Assembly (NCBI RefSeq): GCF_021028975.2
Contig: NC_059436.1
Span: 2,480,001-2,544,000 of the forward strand
From: Sphaerodactylus townsendi
Taxonomy: Eukaryota
DNA: 64,000 bases
Reading direction: 5' to 3'
Shown here piece by piece: positions 12,900 to 26,504 of the stretch. Under the pieces are notes generated by a model that saw only the letters and a program-made list of their open reading frames with translations, was not told where the DNA came from and did not search any database. The position numbers and the translations under genes were made by a program. Every line of letters starts with the position of its first letter. Position 1 is the stretch's first letter.

Positions 12900-14219
12900 G
12901 TTTGTATTTTAGTTGGGGTTTTTTTATACCTGCTCACTGGGAACCAGACAACTACCACACTAAGTAATTAGCAAACAAAACTCAAAGGTGTGTTGGGTGT
13001 GAGTGTTATGGTCCAATTGAATAAATATGAAGCTGAACCACCTTTCCAGCATTACAGCATCAGGTCATTTCACAATTACAATGCTTTTTTGTTACAACAG
13101 TTTGTTTTCCCAGAATGAAAATTGACTCTAACCAAGGGATCAAACTTAGACATGATGTCAGGAGAGTCATAAAAAAACATCTGTGGTTTGTTTGTTTTTT
13201 TCCCCAAGGTTTTCTTGGCTTGATCTAGATTAGGACTGTGGTTTAGGGGGAGAGAAATAGTTAACCCTCCCATTTTGACCACTTCCTTAGTAGGCTGTCC
13301 TTGATAATTGCTGTTAGATAACTATACCTGTATCCCTCCCATCCACCTTACTCTGGGTCAGCTATCTGCCATTTTGGGGGATAGCGGATGGTGAAATGGG
13401 GGAAGTATCAAGAACTCATAAGATATGTGTCCTGAACAAGCAAATGAGAGATCTGGCAGTGAGGTAGTCTATTTGGGGATGGGGAAATGGCACATGAATG
13501 AAGGGGGCAATCCCCCAATGCTATAGTCCTAGTTCGACTCTCTTCCCACAATCACCTACAGTTATTCTTTGCAGTGAAAATTTTTGCAGGAGATCAGTTC
13601 ACAGATCTCCTGACGCCATGTCAAGTTTGGCCCTGAGTGGAAAGGTCTCAAAGGGATCTATTCATACAAAACCTGGTTAACTAGAATAGGGGAAGTGGGA
13701 GGGCATACATAGACCTTCCAACTACCTTTTGAGGAAAGGTTTTTCCACTGGTGTTCATTTTACCCCAACAACACTCCAATGAGGTAGGTTAATCTGAGAG
13801 AGCACAACTGTGCTGAAGCCACCCAGCGGCCATCATGGATGAATGTGGATCAAACCCAGATATTCCCAGTCCTAGTCTGACCCTCCACCTCACTACATTG
13901 TCTAACATCTAGTGAAGCAGGTTGCAAGCTTAGAGACTGCACTGGTTCTGTCTGAAAGTGTGGGGGAAAGGGAGGGTCATGGCCATGACTGTGACTACTT
14001 CATTGGGAAGAATTCCCTTGGTATCCATCTGGCTCCTGACTTTTGCCTGGCAATTATGTATGCTGAAAAATTCTGAACTAAATGAGTGGGTTTTTCGAAC
14101 AGGTTGTCTTCTTGAGGTCTGTTAGCTTGTCTTTTCCCCCCCTTCTCTGTTATGTCTTCCCAATGTTTCTCAAAGTTTGCTTGTCTTTTTCTTCTTCTTT
14201 GTTATTGCCTTTTCAACAG

Positions 14220-14377
14220 ACCCTCCAGCAAGATTTAGGCCTGCGGGGACAGGCCATTTTCAGCAGCACCCACACCTACAGCCTGTATGTCAACGTCAAG
14301 AATTTTGTCTGCAACATTGGCGAGGATGCGGAACTACTCATGAGCCTTTATGATCCTGACCAGTCCTTATTCATCAG
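14220..14377 (+). CDS. DOCK5: DOCK5 exon 8: [52 protein letters not shown](S)
   Basis: caacag| ... |gtgtgt; 158 nt. Confidence 0.94.
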
Positions 14378-14469
14378 GTGTGTAAATGTTGAAAGTGTCT
14401 GAAGGATGAAAAAGACCCCTTTCAAGCTACAACACCTTATTTAATGCCACTGTTTCAATATCATCTGCA

Positions 14470-14680
14470 CACAGTTTCAAATGGGCACCCTTGTTAGTCT
14501 GTAATAACAGGTCACAATTTGAGTCCACTAGCAGCTCAAAGACCAACAACATTTTTCAGGGTTATCAGCTTTCAAGAGCTAAAGTTCATGTTGTGAAAAA
14601 GTTAGCTTAGGCTCACAAAAGTTTATAACCTGGAAACTTTTGTTGCTCTTCAAAGTCTTTTTGGACTCAGATTTTGTTCT
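14470..14680. mobile_element. Decayed Penelope-like terminal fragment in an inverted arrangement
   Basis: gagtccactagcagctcaaagaccaacaac...cagggttatcagctttc, with inverted partner aaagtttataacctgg...gttgctcttcaaag...tggactc; family from recalled reptile Penelope ends. Confidence 0.5.
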
Positions 14681-14879
14681 TTGGACAGACCGTGTCTCCC
14701 AGGCAGCTCCCAATAATCTAAAAACCATAAATAAAGGATATTTGCTGGATAATAGTGGATGAAGAATAACGATACTAATGGTTGTTTAACAGTTGGAGTA
14801 GATGGTAATGCTTTAAAAAAAGCACAGTGTGAATCTTAAGGTAGGCCAAAAGCTTGATCAAACAAATTCATTTTAGCAA

Positions 14880-15040
14880 TGTATTGTCAAAGGCTTTCAT
14901 AGCTGAAATCAAGCGGCTGTAGTGGATTTTCTGGGCTGTGTGGCTATGATCTAGTTGTTTTTGCTCCCAGTGGAAACGGGCAGAAACGTTAGGAGCAAAA
15001 ATGACCAGACCATGCAGCCTGGAAAACCCACAACAGCCAT
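14880..15040. mobile_element. Penelope-derived inverted terminal fragment
   Basis: Arms ggctgtagtggattttctgggctg / cagcctggaaaacccacaacagcc; shares sequence with 47167-47580 and 59321-59440. Confidence 0.65.
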
Positions 15041-15741
15041 TTTAGCAACTTTTTTGAAGAAACCAAATATGCTTCTTGAGGGAGGATGTTACATAACCTT
15101 GGTGCTTTCACCAAAAAGATCCAAGTTCTATGTTACTACCTATTGAACCTGTGGTGGTGGCAATACACAAAGCAAGCCCTCTCCAAATTATCTTAGTGTC
15201 TAGGTAGGTTCATATTGCAGAAAATGGTTTTTTAAGTATTCCAGCCAAACTATGAGGAGCTTTAAAGGTCAAAACCAACAATCTGAACCCAAATGGCCAC
15301 TCCCCTTCAATGATGTGCAACTCTCCTTTGTGCCAGAGAATTGTATTTTGGAACTTCCCAATGAATTGTGCCTCCATGAGTCTAGGTTTTTCTGCCTTTG
15401 ATGCTGAGGCAAATCTTTCACCTGAGGTGGGTGCCTTTCCTTGATTCCCAGGATGCCTGCTTTGAACAGGTGGTTCTTGAAACCTGTGAATTGCATTGCT
15501 TCCTGGTTTTCTTCAAAAGCACCTGAAGTTTTCTTTCACAGTCTGTGCCTCAGTGCATTGTTCCACTGGACAAAATAACTCATTAGCTGCCCAAGACTTT
15601 TTGTTTTCCACATATTTAAACTTTAGCGTATGTATATTGAAGTCCGTGAGATTTCTGAATAAACCATGTGTAGGATTGGGCAGCGTGTGCAATAACAAAT
15701 GACATAAAAAGCAAAACTGGGCTGGTGTTTGTTTCTTGTAG

Positions 15742-15823
15742 TGAAAGCTATCTGGTTCGTTGGGGAAGCACCGGAATGCCAAAAGAAATTGAGAAGCTGA
15801 ACAATCTTCAAGCTGTCTTTACA
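15742..15823 (+). CDS. DOCK5: DOCK5 exon 9: [27 protein letters not shown]
   Basis: ttgtag| ... |gtaagt; 82 nt. Confidence 0.95.
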
Positions 15824-17298
15824 GTAAGTCCTTTTCTGAAATTCCATCCCAACTCTGACCAGCTGGTGTTCTAATTGTTCTTAATGATTGTTTTATTACT
15901 TCTGCCGTGAATAGCAGCCATGAACTTCCTGCAGTGACCCAAATGTATAGTCAACTGGTTGTCACGCCACTTAGCCAATACAATGCCCTGGCAAGATGTT
16001 TTGGACATGTCACTTGGTAGTAAAAAGGTCACTTTGACATGTGGTCACTTACTTAATTGTGGCCCGCTAACCAAGATGTTCAGGTAGTTTGGTCTGTAGT
16101 CATTTTAAGAACAAAAAGGAGATTTTAAGAATGACCTAACCTGGAGCCCTTAAAAAATAGTGGCTGCTAAGGAAAGTACTTCCTAATTTGTTATTCTTTA
16201 AATCGCAAAGGGGCCTGAATCTTCTGGCTAAAAACACATCTGCCAGTTTCATTTCAGGTTCCTGAGCTCCATGTCTAGGGGCTGGACTCCTCCAGCACAC
16301 TAATTGTACAATGTCATCAATGTCAACTGAAGTCAATGGAATTAGAAAAATCTAAATCTGTTAAGGATTGCACTGTAAGAGTTTTCTGCAAGGGCATTGC
16401 GAATGAAATTGACCATGGCTTACCTCACCATTGAAACCTTTTGTCAATTTCATCTGCTGTGCATGGGAGGAACATTCTTAGGCATGTTTTAAAGATAACC
16501 TTGGTGGGCAAAAAGAACTTCCTCATGGAAATATGAATACCCTCAGAGTCTGACTTAAACTGTGCTGCCATGTATATAGTGCTGCTATACTTGCATCATT
16601 AGAACAGCACTGCTAAGCCTGCCTGGTCTATGGATCTCTGGCATGCTAAATGCACATGAGATTTTGTGCATGCTGCTTTAAAAGCAACATATTGTTAACT
16701 TCCTTGTACCCTGAAGGCTGAAACTGAAAATAACTCTGCTCAGCTTCCCTGTGTGGTATGTTTGTGCTGGATGCAGATGATACAGTCATTAAACAGTATT
16801 TAGTAGTGGGTGGTTAATTATTCACACTCATTTCCTGGCTCGTTGCTGGAAAGTTTTGCAGCAGGAAGAGATGATAAAAGGTTGTAGTGTGGTATGTCCA
16901 ACCACCTTGGTCTGGTCTTCTGCTTGGGGTTGGTCCCTACTATGTAGTTTTTGCAGAGCTCTGAATAGACCAGGACAGAATTCATGCACAAAATCATGTC
17001 ACACAATGTTACTTTTAAAAAATCTTGATCACAGAACAACTTCATAAAGTTACGATAGCTCTGGAAAGATGTTCACACCCTCTGCTTTACATGCAATGAA
17101 TCCCACCCAGCCTCAGTCCCAGGCTCTGAAGCTTAAAAAAGACATTGGATAACTAGATGGAGAAAAACTTCTATTTAACACATAAGAGAGGTGCTGCAAT
17201 TCAGAGTAGACCTTGGTCAATACTAGGCCAGAATCCCACCTGAAATATCTGAATATTTAGAAATTTTCAGAGCATAGACACTGGTGGGCCAAGTTCTG

Positions 17299-17490
17299 TT
17301 CCAGCATGGTGTAGTGGTTAAGAGCATGTGGACTGACTCTAATCTGGCATGCCGGGTTTATTCCCCACTCCTGCACATGCTGCTTGGTGATCTTGGGCTA
17401 GTCACAGTTGTCTCAGACCTCACCTACCTCACAAGGTTCCTGTTGTGGGGAGAGGAAGGGAAGATGATTGTAGGCTGCTTTGAGACTCCT
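17299..17490 (+). mobile_element. tRNA-derived SINE (Squam3-like)
   Basis: A-box tggtgtagtggttaag; body shared with 48592-48893. Confidence 0.75.
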
Positions 17491-17569
17491 TTCAGTTCAA
17501 AGTCTTCTTCCATAAATTATGATGATGTAATTCAACTCTTGCTTACTTTTGGAATTATTGTTCTTCCAG

Positions 17570-17699
17570 GACCTCAGCAGTTCTGATTTGATTCGTCTTA
17601 GAATCAGCCTGGTGTGTCAGATTGTGAGAGTGGGCCACATGGAGCTTAAAGAAGGCAAGAAGCATACCTGTGGCCTGCGGAGACCCTTTGGAGTGGCAG
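17570..17699 (+). CDS. DOCK5: DOCK5 exon 10: [43 protein letters not shown](V)
   Basis: ttccag| ... |gtaaga; 130 nt. Confidence 0.95.
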
Positions 17700-19098
17700 G
17701 TAAGAAGACCTATGGTGATTTAGAAAGCTGTTTTCACTAGAGAGTCCTAAAAAGTTGATAGACTCCATGGGCAGCAGTTAAAGGGCTGGATAAAAATCAC
17801 AGCTCTACCAGTTTATATTAGAGACTGCTAACCTAGTAAGACTCCCAGTCTTTTTTGGAGGAGATAACCAGAGTTGTCTGAATTTGCGGCATTTGTAGAA
17901 TTGCTGCACTAGGGCGGAATCTGATCTCAGCAATTATATTTGGCATCCTTAGGGCTGCCCTTTTAAGGTTTCCAGTCCTTTTGAGATTTCCCCAGTCCAG
18001 TTTTCCATTACAACACATTTGCTCCAAATAAAGTAGTCCCTTACAGTGTGAATGTCACAGCATAATGCTTCTCGGTTCACTGAAAATGCATTGCTCATAA
18101 TTTTATAAATCTCAATCAGCCCCTTCCCTTTCACTCCATGTGATCAATAGCAGATCAGAGATAGAACATTATGGTGGTTAGCTTTGAATGCCTCTTCTCA
18201 AAGACAAATTCTGGGTGACCTGAAACCTGGCCTCTGTTGATCTGTCTGTTAGCTGGTCCAATATCAGGTTGATTGCTGCACTTTTTCTGTATGTGTGATC
18301 TCAGCTGTGCTAGCTACATATCTATGGAAGGAGGGTGAAAGCTACCAAGACAGAGTGCCTTGAGAGAAGGAGCTGGCAATAATTTTTCCTGCTCCTCACT
18401 GTTTGAGCTTTGAACTGAAACCTGCAGCAACAAGACCCGTAGGGCTTGCAAGGTGCTATGGTTGTCCTGTTGTGTCACAGCAGACTTTCACATCCCTTTC
18501 AGGAGAATCTTTTACCAGCTAGAATATGAAAGCTGTCAAATATATAATAAAAACAGGACAGTGAATGATAAAAATAGGTGTCCAGTGACAACTTACAGAC
18601 TACCAAGCATAAGCTTTTGTGGACTAGAGCCCCAAACCAGTAGTGTGGTAGAACTAAAGCAATAAGAAAAATCAACACTGGCACTGCAGCCACAGGCAAA
18701 ACAATGCAATTTCTGACAGTGCAGCATGACTTCAATAAATACAATGTGCAAATCAATTCCCAAGGCCCTGTGCTTGTGTAGAGAAATAGTCATGAGGGTG
18801 GGGGTGAGGAAACTGTACTGAGGGGATGTACAAAAGGTCTTCACTTTTATTGCCTGCAAATCAAGTGTAGTTGATTTGCACATTGTATTTATTAAAATCA
18901 CACAGCACTGATAAAAGTTCCTGGTTCATGGCTAGTGGGCTTTGCTTGGCTGTGCAGATCACAAACTTTTTGGACTATCCGTATGGTTAACCTTCATCAT
19001 TCAGGTTGCTTGGGTTCTTATCCAGTCTTGGCTTCAGTAGGTTAACTTTTTTGTTGGTCCCTATCTGTATGATTGACTGAAACCTGTCTACTACCTAG

Positions 19099-19171
19099 TG
19101 ATGGACATAACAGACATCATCCACGGGAAGTTGGACGATGAGGAAAAACAACACTTCATTCCCTTTCAACA
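19099..19171 (+). CDS. DOCK5: DOCK5 exon 11: MDITDIIHGKLDDEEKQHFIPFQ(Q)
   Basis: acctag| ... |gtaagc; 73 nt. Confidence 0.95.
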
Positions 19172-20227
19172 GTAAGCATTTTGCATTCTAGCAACTTTGG
19201 CACTGCAGTTGGATATGGAGTCTTGGCTAGGTCTGTGTCACTTTTTCTGGAAAAAGGAAAAGCAGGTTTGTAACTGCAAAGGAAGACTTCAATGTGTGGA
19301 CACTGGCATCGTTTCCAGAGGTAGAAAGGAATGTGAGTGTGTAGCCTTGCCCGTAGAACAAATAGAAGCCAAATATGCAATGCAAAATAAGCAGATCTGT
19401 CCAAGGAAAATCCTTCTGGATCAAATTGAATGAATGAATAAAGCATTTATTTATACCCTGCCACATTTGCACACCAGACCCAGGTTGGCTTACATCAAAA
19501 TGCAATCCAACAATATACAATGCATATAAAATTAATTTAAAATAATAAATGTCATTAACATGTCACTAAAATAATACCATCCCTTTACAGTTATCAACAT
19601 TTCTATAGTTGGTCCATAATCCAATCCTGTCTAGAGGATGTTCTGAACTGGTAGCCACGCAATAGTGCTTGAGGTCCACCAGCATTCTGGCCTGTGTTCA
19701 ATCTGACATTTGGAAAATGTTGTTCCTGGGGGTCAGCAGATGCTCAGGAACAGCAATCAGGGTTAGGATCAGGGAAATGGTTACCATCTCTTAAGAGAAT
19801 TTAAGTGCCCTTAAGTATTTGAAATGTGACTGAATACAGGTCAGTGTTTCCCATAGTGACTACCCCTATGTTTCCGGGAAATCCTGAAGCAGGGCAAATG
19901 GCTTTCCCCACAATGGCATTCAGAGATATATTCTATCTGCACCATTTTTTCTGGATCTTTATATCTTTACATATTCTAGTCTCTACATGTTCTGCTCTTG
20001 GCTCTTAAGAGATTGTTTTTCAAATTATGCTCTTAGTCATCACAAAGGCAGAGAAAGCCTAGGCAATCTCACTTACTACCATAATTCAGACTCAGGCAGG
20101 TGCCTCCCAGCCTTCTCTTTAAACCATTAAGCTTTAGGTGAGAACAGGTAGACCAGGTCTTGTGTTTACATCTGAGATTGAAGATTCTGACTGATTGGAA
20201 GTTCACTTCTGTTTCTCTGCTTGGCAG

Positions 20228-20367
20228 GATTGCCATGGAAACATACATCAGACAAAGGCAGTTAATGGCTCCCTTAATAACATCTCATGTGATTGGAGAG
20301 AATGAGCCCCTGACCTCAGTTTTCAACAAAGTCATCGCTGCAAAAGAAGTGAATCACAAAGGGCAAG
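20228..20367 (+). CDS. DOCK5: DOCK5 exon 12: IAMETYIRQRQLMAPLITSHVIGENEPLTSVFNKVIAAKEVNHKGQ(G)
   Basis: tggcag| ... |gtacac; 140 nt. Confidence 0.94.
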
Positions 20368-20433
20368 GTACACACATCAGAGGAGAAGACTGTTAAAATC
20401 TTCCAAAAGTGTGTGGGTGTGGGAACAGTGACA

Positions 20434-21494
20434 ATGGGAAGGGGTGAGGGAGTCCACCTATTAGCAAACAAATGAATTGTGTAGGGTGGTTCAGTGATCC
20501 AAATCATTGGATTTGGATTATTTCAGAAAATTTCATGACTGGATGAAGACCAACATGTTGACTTGACTCAACTTACTACTAATGTTAACAAGGGCAGACA
20601 ATTCCCTCCTGTGTCTGTTGGCATTTGTTGGATAGGCTGTGTATCTAATAAATGGGGTGGGGTGTGACTCTCAGTAGCAGAGCACCTGTGTGGCCTGCAG
20701 AAAGTCCCAGATTTGCCTCCTGGCATCTCCTATAAAAGGATCTCAGATCACAGGTGAAACAACCCTTCTTTGCCTGGACAGCCACTGCCAGTCAGGGTAC
20801 ACATTACTGAGTCAGAAGCACCAATGACTGTATCATACATTCACAGGTACATATGCCAAGAAAATGTTTGGCAATTTTGAAAAGGAAGCCATAACCGAAG
20901 TGGTTAAGAGCAGATGGGCTCTGATCTGGAGAACTGGGTTTGATTCCACATAAGCAGCAGACTTATGGGAAGGGGTGAGGGAGTCCACCTATTAGCAAAC
21001 AAATGAATTGTGTAGGGTGGTTCAGTGATCCAAATCATTGGATTTGGATTATTTCAGAAAATTTCATGACTGGATGAAGACCAACATGTTGACTTGACTC
21101 AACTTACTACTAATGTTAACAAGGGCAGACAATTCCCTCCTGTGTCTGTTGGCATTTGTTGGATAGGCTGTGTATCTAATAAATGGGGTGGGGTGTGACT
21201 CTCAGTAGCAGAGCACCTGTGTGGCCTGCAGAAAGTCCCAGATTTGCCTCCTGGCATCTCCTATAAAAGGATCTCAGATCACAGGTGAAACAACCCTTCT
21301 TTGCCTGGACAGCCACTGCCAGTCAGGGTACACATTACTGAGTCAGAAGCACCAATGACTGTATCATACATTCACAGGTACATATGCCAAGAAAATGTTT
21401 GGCAATTTTGAAAAGGAAGCCATAACCGAAGTGGTTAAGAGCAGATGGACTCTGATCTGGAGAACTGGGTTTGATTCCACATAAGCAGCAGACT
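20434..21494. repeat. 531-bp tandem duplication (20434-20964 / 20965-21494)
   Basis: Copies look identical by eye except G20918/A21449. Confidence 0.95.
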
Positions 21495-21663
21495 CTTACT
21501 GGTGAACCAGATTTGCTTTCCCACTCCCACATTCCTGCTGGGTGACCTTGGGCCAAGGAGTCTGTTGTGGGGAGAGGGAGGGAAAGAAATTTGTAAGCCA
21601 CCTTGAGTCTCCTTACAGGAGAGAAAGGTGGGGTATCAATCCAAACCCTTCTTCTTCTTCTTC
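21430..21663 (+). mobile_element. tRNA-derived SINE (Squam3-like) with (CTT)n tail
   Basis: gtggttaagagc..gggtttgattcc head; tgtaagcc..gagtctcc..(ctt)n tail. Confidence 0.8.
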
Positions 21664-22670
21664 TAAAGGATGAAAGTAGCAGTGGGTTTTCCCCTCTAAA
21701 CAAGAGTTGTGAAGCACTTTTTAAAGATGGGATAGGATCAAGTGAGTCCCACCTCATCAAACCAAGAAGCCTAATCATGATATGAGAGCCACCAAGAAAA
21801 ACTCCAAAAGTAAGTCTCACATGATGCCAAATTGAGTGTAACTTTCCAAGATCTTTCGGATGCTTCTGGAAATATGTCCAGACTTCTTGGGCTTGCTTTT
21901 AGTTGGACTCATTTTGTCAATTGTTTAATCCCACTTAAGAAAAAAAGTACTTTTGGGAGCACATATGTGAAGTTGATCCTGAAACATAGTTCCTCGTCTG
22001 TAACTGGCACCTTCTTCAAGTTCCCACTACAACTGCTGGCTGAGTTAGTTGGCTGATTTGAGAGATGCAGAACAAAGTCAGGTGTGAGTGTGACTTTTGC
22101 AGGGAGATGGGGGTTCAGCAGGATAGTATCTATTCTGGACATTTGCAGCTGCTTTAGAAAATTCTAGCTGTTAGTCCATCTAACTCAGTGTTGGATACTC
22201 AAAGTATGAAGCAGAGAAGGGTGTTTCCCTACAACTGGATATCCTTGAACTGGAGATAGCAGAGATTGAACTGTAAACCCTGTGTGTATCATACAGTCAT
22301 GGCAGAGAAGGGTCTTTCCCAGCATCTGATTTCCTGGCAAGGGATTGGTACTAGAGTCTTTGACATTCAGAGTATGTGCCATATCAGGGCAACACGGGCC
22401 CTTCTTACTACATGGAGGGTCAAGGTCAGGCCAGGTGATTCCAGTCCTTAAAGCAGGGTCAGTTCCTGGAAAGCATGTGGGTTCAAATCGAGTTCCAGCT
22501 CTTTTACATGAAGTATATCAATTTCAAATTATCAAACAAATGAAACCAGCATTGCAACTACTATGGGAGGGGGGATTCCAGGGGAGGGGGAAGTTTTGTA
22601 TAGTTACCATCTTTTCCAATAGTGTTAATGTCACAATGCATTTTTCCCTTCCCCCCCCCCCCCCCTTCAG

Positions 22671-22796
22671 GTCTCTGGGTTTCACTAAAGCTGCTTCCTG
22701 GTGATTTGGCTCAGGTTCAGAAGGACTTTTCTCATCTTATTGACAGATCAACAGCAGTGGCCCGCAAAATGGGATTCCCCGAGATTATTCTTCCTG
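22671..22796 (+). CDS. DOCK5: DOCK5 exon 13: [41 protein letters not shown](G)
   Basis: poly-C tract then ttcag| ... |gtgtgt; 126 nt. Confidence 0.95.
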
Positions 22797-24069
22797 GTGT
22801 GTACTTTATTATAAACAGGACCAACTAATGTTTGTCTGGTTTCTGTTGCCATGTTATTTTATTCTTCCCTTCCTCCATGAAGCTTAGAACAGTATACAGT
22901 TTTTGTCTCTGATTTATCCTGACAGCTACCCTAGAAGAAAGGGGCTATTAATCAGTCAGCAACCTTTGTGTCTGAGAATTTGAACCCAGGCCTTCCTGGT
23001 TTAAGATTACTGAGAGCTCCGTATGGATCGATGACTGGGCAGTGGAAGGAATACATTTTCACAGTACAAGGAATAGTTTAAAGCAATCATTTCCAGACCT
23101 TACCACCTGAGCTGCAAGCATATGATAGGAAGTTACATGACATCAATGTTTCAGAACAGGATGGAGTTATGACACTGGTAGCAGACCAGGAGAACCAAGG
23201 GTACTAAAACATGAGGAAGGGGTAAGAGCAATGGAGGCATCCTTTCTACCATGGAGTAACTGCTCCATTGAATATGTGTACAGAGAGACAGGAAGCATTA
23301 CACCCTTGCTGTTTGTATAAATGTGCTAATAGCAGGTCTTGCCAAAAGGCAGTGGACGAATGCCACCTTGCAGGGGCTCATGGCCCTCCAAATGCCACAG
23401 TATGACTCATCTGATTGTCCTGATCCACCATTTGAAGATCACTGCTGTAATGCACCATGGATGGGCACCCACAAATTCATCAGCCAAGTTGCAGGGCCAA
23501 GCACCTGATCCCTTTGGCAAGAAGGATGCGTAGCATTTCATGTTGCCTCTCCCAAGTCCCCATCTGCAAGATATCCCTGCAGTTACTGCAAACAAGGTCC
23601 TCTCATTGTGCCACCACCTTTAGAAGTAAAGTGGGTGACAGCCAAAGGTGGCAACCCAGCAGTCCTCCCTTCAGTTTTTGTGGATGTACATACAAGGTCA
23701 CCTTCAAATATTTATGTATGCCATCTATCAGTGCAGGTAGTTCACATCCCTTTGCAACAAAATAAATTGGATATACTGTGTAATATTATCACAGTTGATT
23801 TCAAAAAATGTTAAGTCAGATCTTAAAATAACCTATGATACAGTGGCAATAATTCATCAATGGATAGCAGCCAGTTAAAGTGCAAACAAAAAAAACCAGG
23901 GAGAAGTGTACCAAAAACCACACAGGACTCCATTAAAAGGCTATAGATTTTTTTAAAAAAGGACAAAATGGGAAGTGTTTTGGTTTGGTGCCCAAAATGC
24001 ATAGCAAAAGTGTTTGATGGAGGGGGAGGGCAGCCACTGAAGAGGGCTATATCGCTCGTGGCCACTCAT

Positions 24070-24620
24070 CTGCCTGCAGAAGACAGGGGAACATGAAGGA
24101 AAACCTGAGGTAAAAAAATTCCTGTTTCGGAGAGTGTGGTGTAGGGGCAGGTGGTCTTTTAAATATCCAAGACCATGAAGATTTTATAGGTTAAAATCAG
24201 CACCTTGAATTGGGACCAGATACCAGACAGATAGTGAAGATCCTTCAACACTGGAGTGTTGCGCTGCCTGTACTTCACCTTTGCTTAAAAACCTCCTGCT
24301 GCATTCTAGACTAATTTGAAGCTTCAGAACTGTCTTTGGGGGCAGCCTCATGTAGAGAATGCTATAGTAATCAAGTCTGAAGCTTTGAACAGCTTAGAAC
24401 ATAATGCTGCGGCCAGATCTTTGCTTCTTGAGAAAGGATCACATCCACCAATACATCACAATCAAGCAGCATTCTCAAAAGGCAAGTTTGCTCCTCCAGG
24501 GGGAATAGAACCCTACTCAGAGTAGGCCATTCAGTTCCATGATCAGTATCAGCTCTACCATACTTAAAAACCCTCATCTGGTTTGAGCTTCAGTTTATTG
24601 GCCTACATTCAGCCATTTCC
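24070..24620 (-). mobile_element. Decayed L2-clade LINE fragment
   Basis: Reverse complement has a cagacttgattactatagc (RLDY-like), tctagaatgcagcagg (QNAA-like) and caattcaaggtgctg (QFKVL-like) succession. Confidence 0.6.
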
Positions 24621-24793
24621 ATGCCTTTGTTACATATTCTAATGATACATGAGGAATGTTGTGCCAGGGTCTTGCATATGGCAAACTATATCTGTAGTGA
24701 AGCTGACTGGGAACTAGTACTGAATAGTGTTGCATTTGTGCTGCTTTCCAACTGGCCCACCTGGAAAAAGTATCATCACCTGCATTGTTTCAG

Positions 24794-24918
24794 GTGATGT
24801 TCGAAATGACATCTATGTCACCCTGGTTCATGGGGAGTTTGACAAAGGGAAGAAGAAGACTCCCAAGAATGTAGAGGTCACCATGTCTGTCCATGATGAA
24901 GATGGCAACCTTGCAGAG
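24794..24918 (+). CDS. DOCK5: DOCK5 exon 14 (DHR-1 start): [41 protein letters not shown]
   Basis: tttcag| ... |gtaggg; 125 nt. Confidence 0.95.
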
Positions 24919-25029
24919 GTAGGGAAGGGGTTTGGGGATAATTGGGTGATAGAAATGTTGAAACATGGATGTGAAGGGCCTTCCTAACAGCTAGAATGAA
25001 GTTTTGCATGCATGCGTGTGTGCATGCAT

Positions 25030-25217
25030 GCGTGTGTGTGTGTAAAGTGACGTCAAGTTGCAACTGATTCACCTGTATGGTTTTCAAGCCAAGCTAATAA
25101 CAGAGGTGATTTGCCATTGCCTTCCTCTGCTTAGCGATCCTGGTATTCCTTTGTGGCCTCCCATTCAAGTACTAACCAGGACTGATCCTGCTTCGCTGGG
25201 CCATCCATGTCAGGGCA
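25030..25217 (-). mobile_element. 5S rRNA-headed SINE
   Basis: Reverse complement contains the 5S internal-promoter-like cctggttagtacttgaatgggaggcc; (CA)n-like tail. Confidence 0.65.
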
Positions 25218-26504
25218 AAATGAAGTCATCCAGTACTGACAACTGTTGATACTTTTGCCAGTGAGCAGATGGCTTAGTAAAAAAAAAAGGTTATTCTACA
25301 CCCAATGATGGCTAACAGTGTTTCCTATACAAGTTGGGAAGATAGCCAATAGTTTAGCTGATTTTTTTTAAAAAACCCTAAAACAGACTCATGAAGGACT
25401 CAGAGTCCAGAGGCAGTGAACCTCTGAGCATGAGTGTTAGATCCCCAGATCTTGTTCCAATAATTAGACTGGTGTATTGATCAATAGCCTATATTATGGA
25501 TACACAGACCAGCTTCAAAGTCAGTTCCAAAGAACATGGCTTCTTGACACACATTTATCCCCACCAAATCCCCCTCCCATTTTCTCAAAGCAGAGCATCT
25601 GGGAGCTGTTACTTTCAGTTGTACCCGGCACCAAGGTCAGTTGCAGATAACAAGGTGGAGCCACCTGGCTGCAAGCTCGGAGACAAGATAACAACAATTA
25701 TTCTTTCCCATGGGGCCAACATGTCAGGGGAGGCCTAGTTGTCTAAAAGCAGTACAGAAGCCATAAATTTAGGTCAAGATAGAATGCAAGGAATACAATT
25801 TAAAGAGCAATGGTTACGTATATCAAAAGCACATAAGTCACGACCCTGACAATGAGTTTCTAGGTGCAGACAAGGCATAGGCCTGTTTCCTTTATATCCT
25901 GTTTATAAGCTTTGTGGAGGAGGAACCTGGATGAGAGCTGCAGAACTGAATGTTGACCTGAATGGCTTTTCAGACTCATCCAGCAGGGAAGGATTCTCAT
26001 GCTCAAGTATATGTTACCCACCTCTTTATTTTTTTCCTGTGTAAAAGTGCAATGATGAATATAAATAATGTTCTGCAACTGAGAATGGGGTGAGGGGGGA
26101 TATCACAAGTCCAAAGTTTCCATTATGTCATTTTGAACTGGAGTTATCATGAATTCTCATGATGGTCAGGAAGCCAGCAAAACCTCCACTTCTGATGTGG
26201 GCCAATCTTATACCCAGACTCTCCCTCTTAAGGCTGAGGGAGGATCAATAGCGCATCCAGGCAGTTGGCTTTGTATCCTTGAAAGATTTCCATCAGCTGA
26301 ATCAGCACCAGTCGCAGTGATGGGTTTCAAGGTCACATTCTTGATGACTAAAATAGTAGTCAGTGTGTTAGTCTCTGCAAGTGGATCGTGTAGAATCTGC
26401 ATCTCTGCATTGTGTGCTTTGGACACTCAATAAATCTTAAAGCATTTCAGCCCATGACTCATGATAACGAAATATTGCTGTGATGTATCAAAGATGGCCA
26501 TTTG

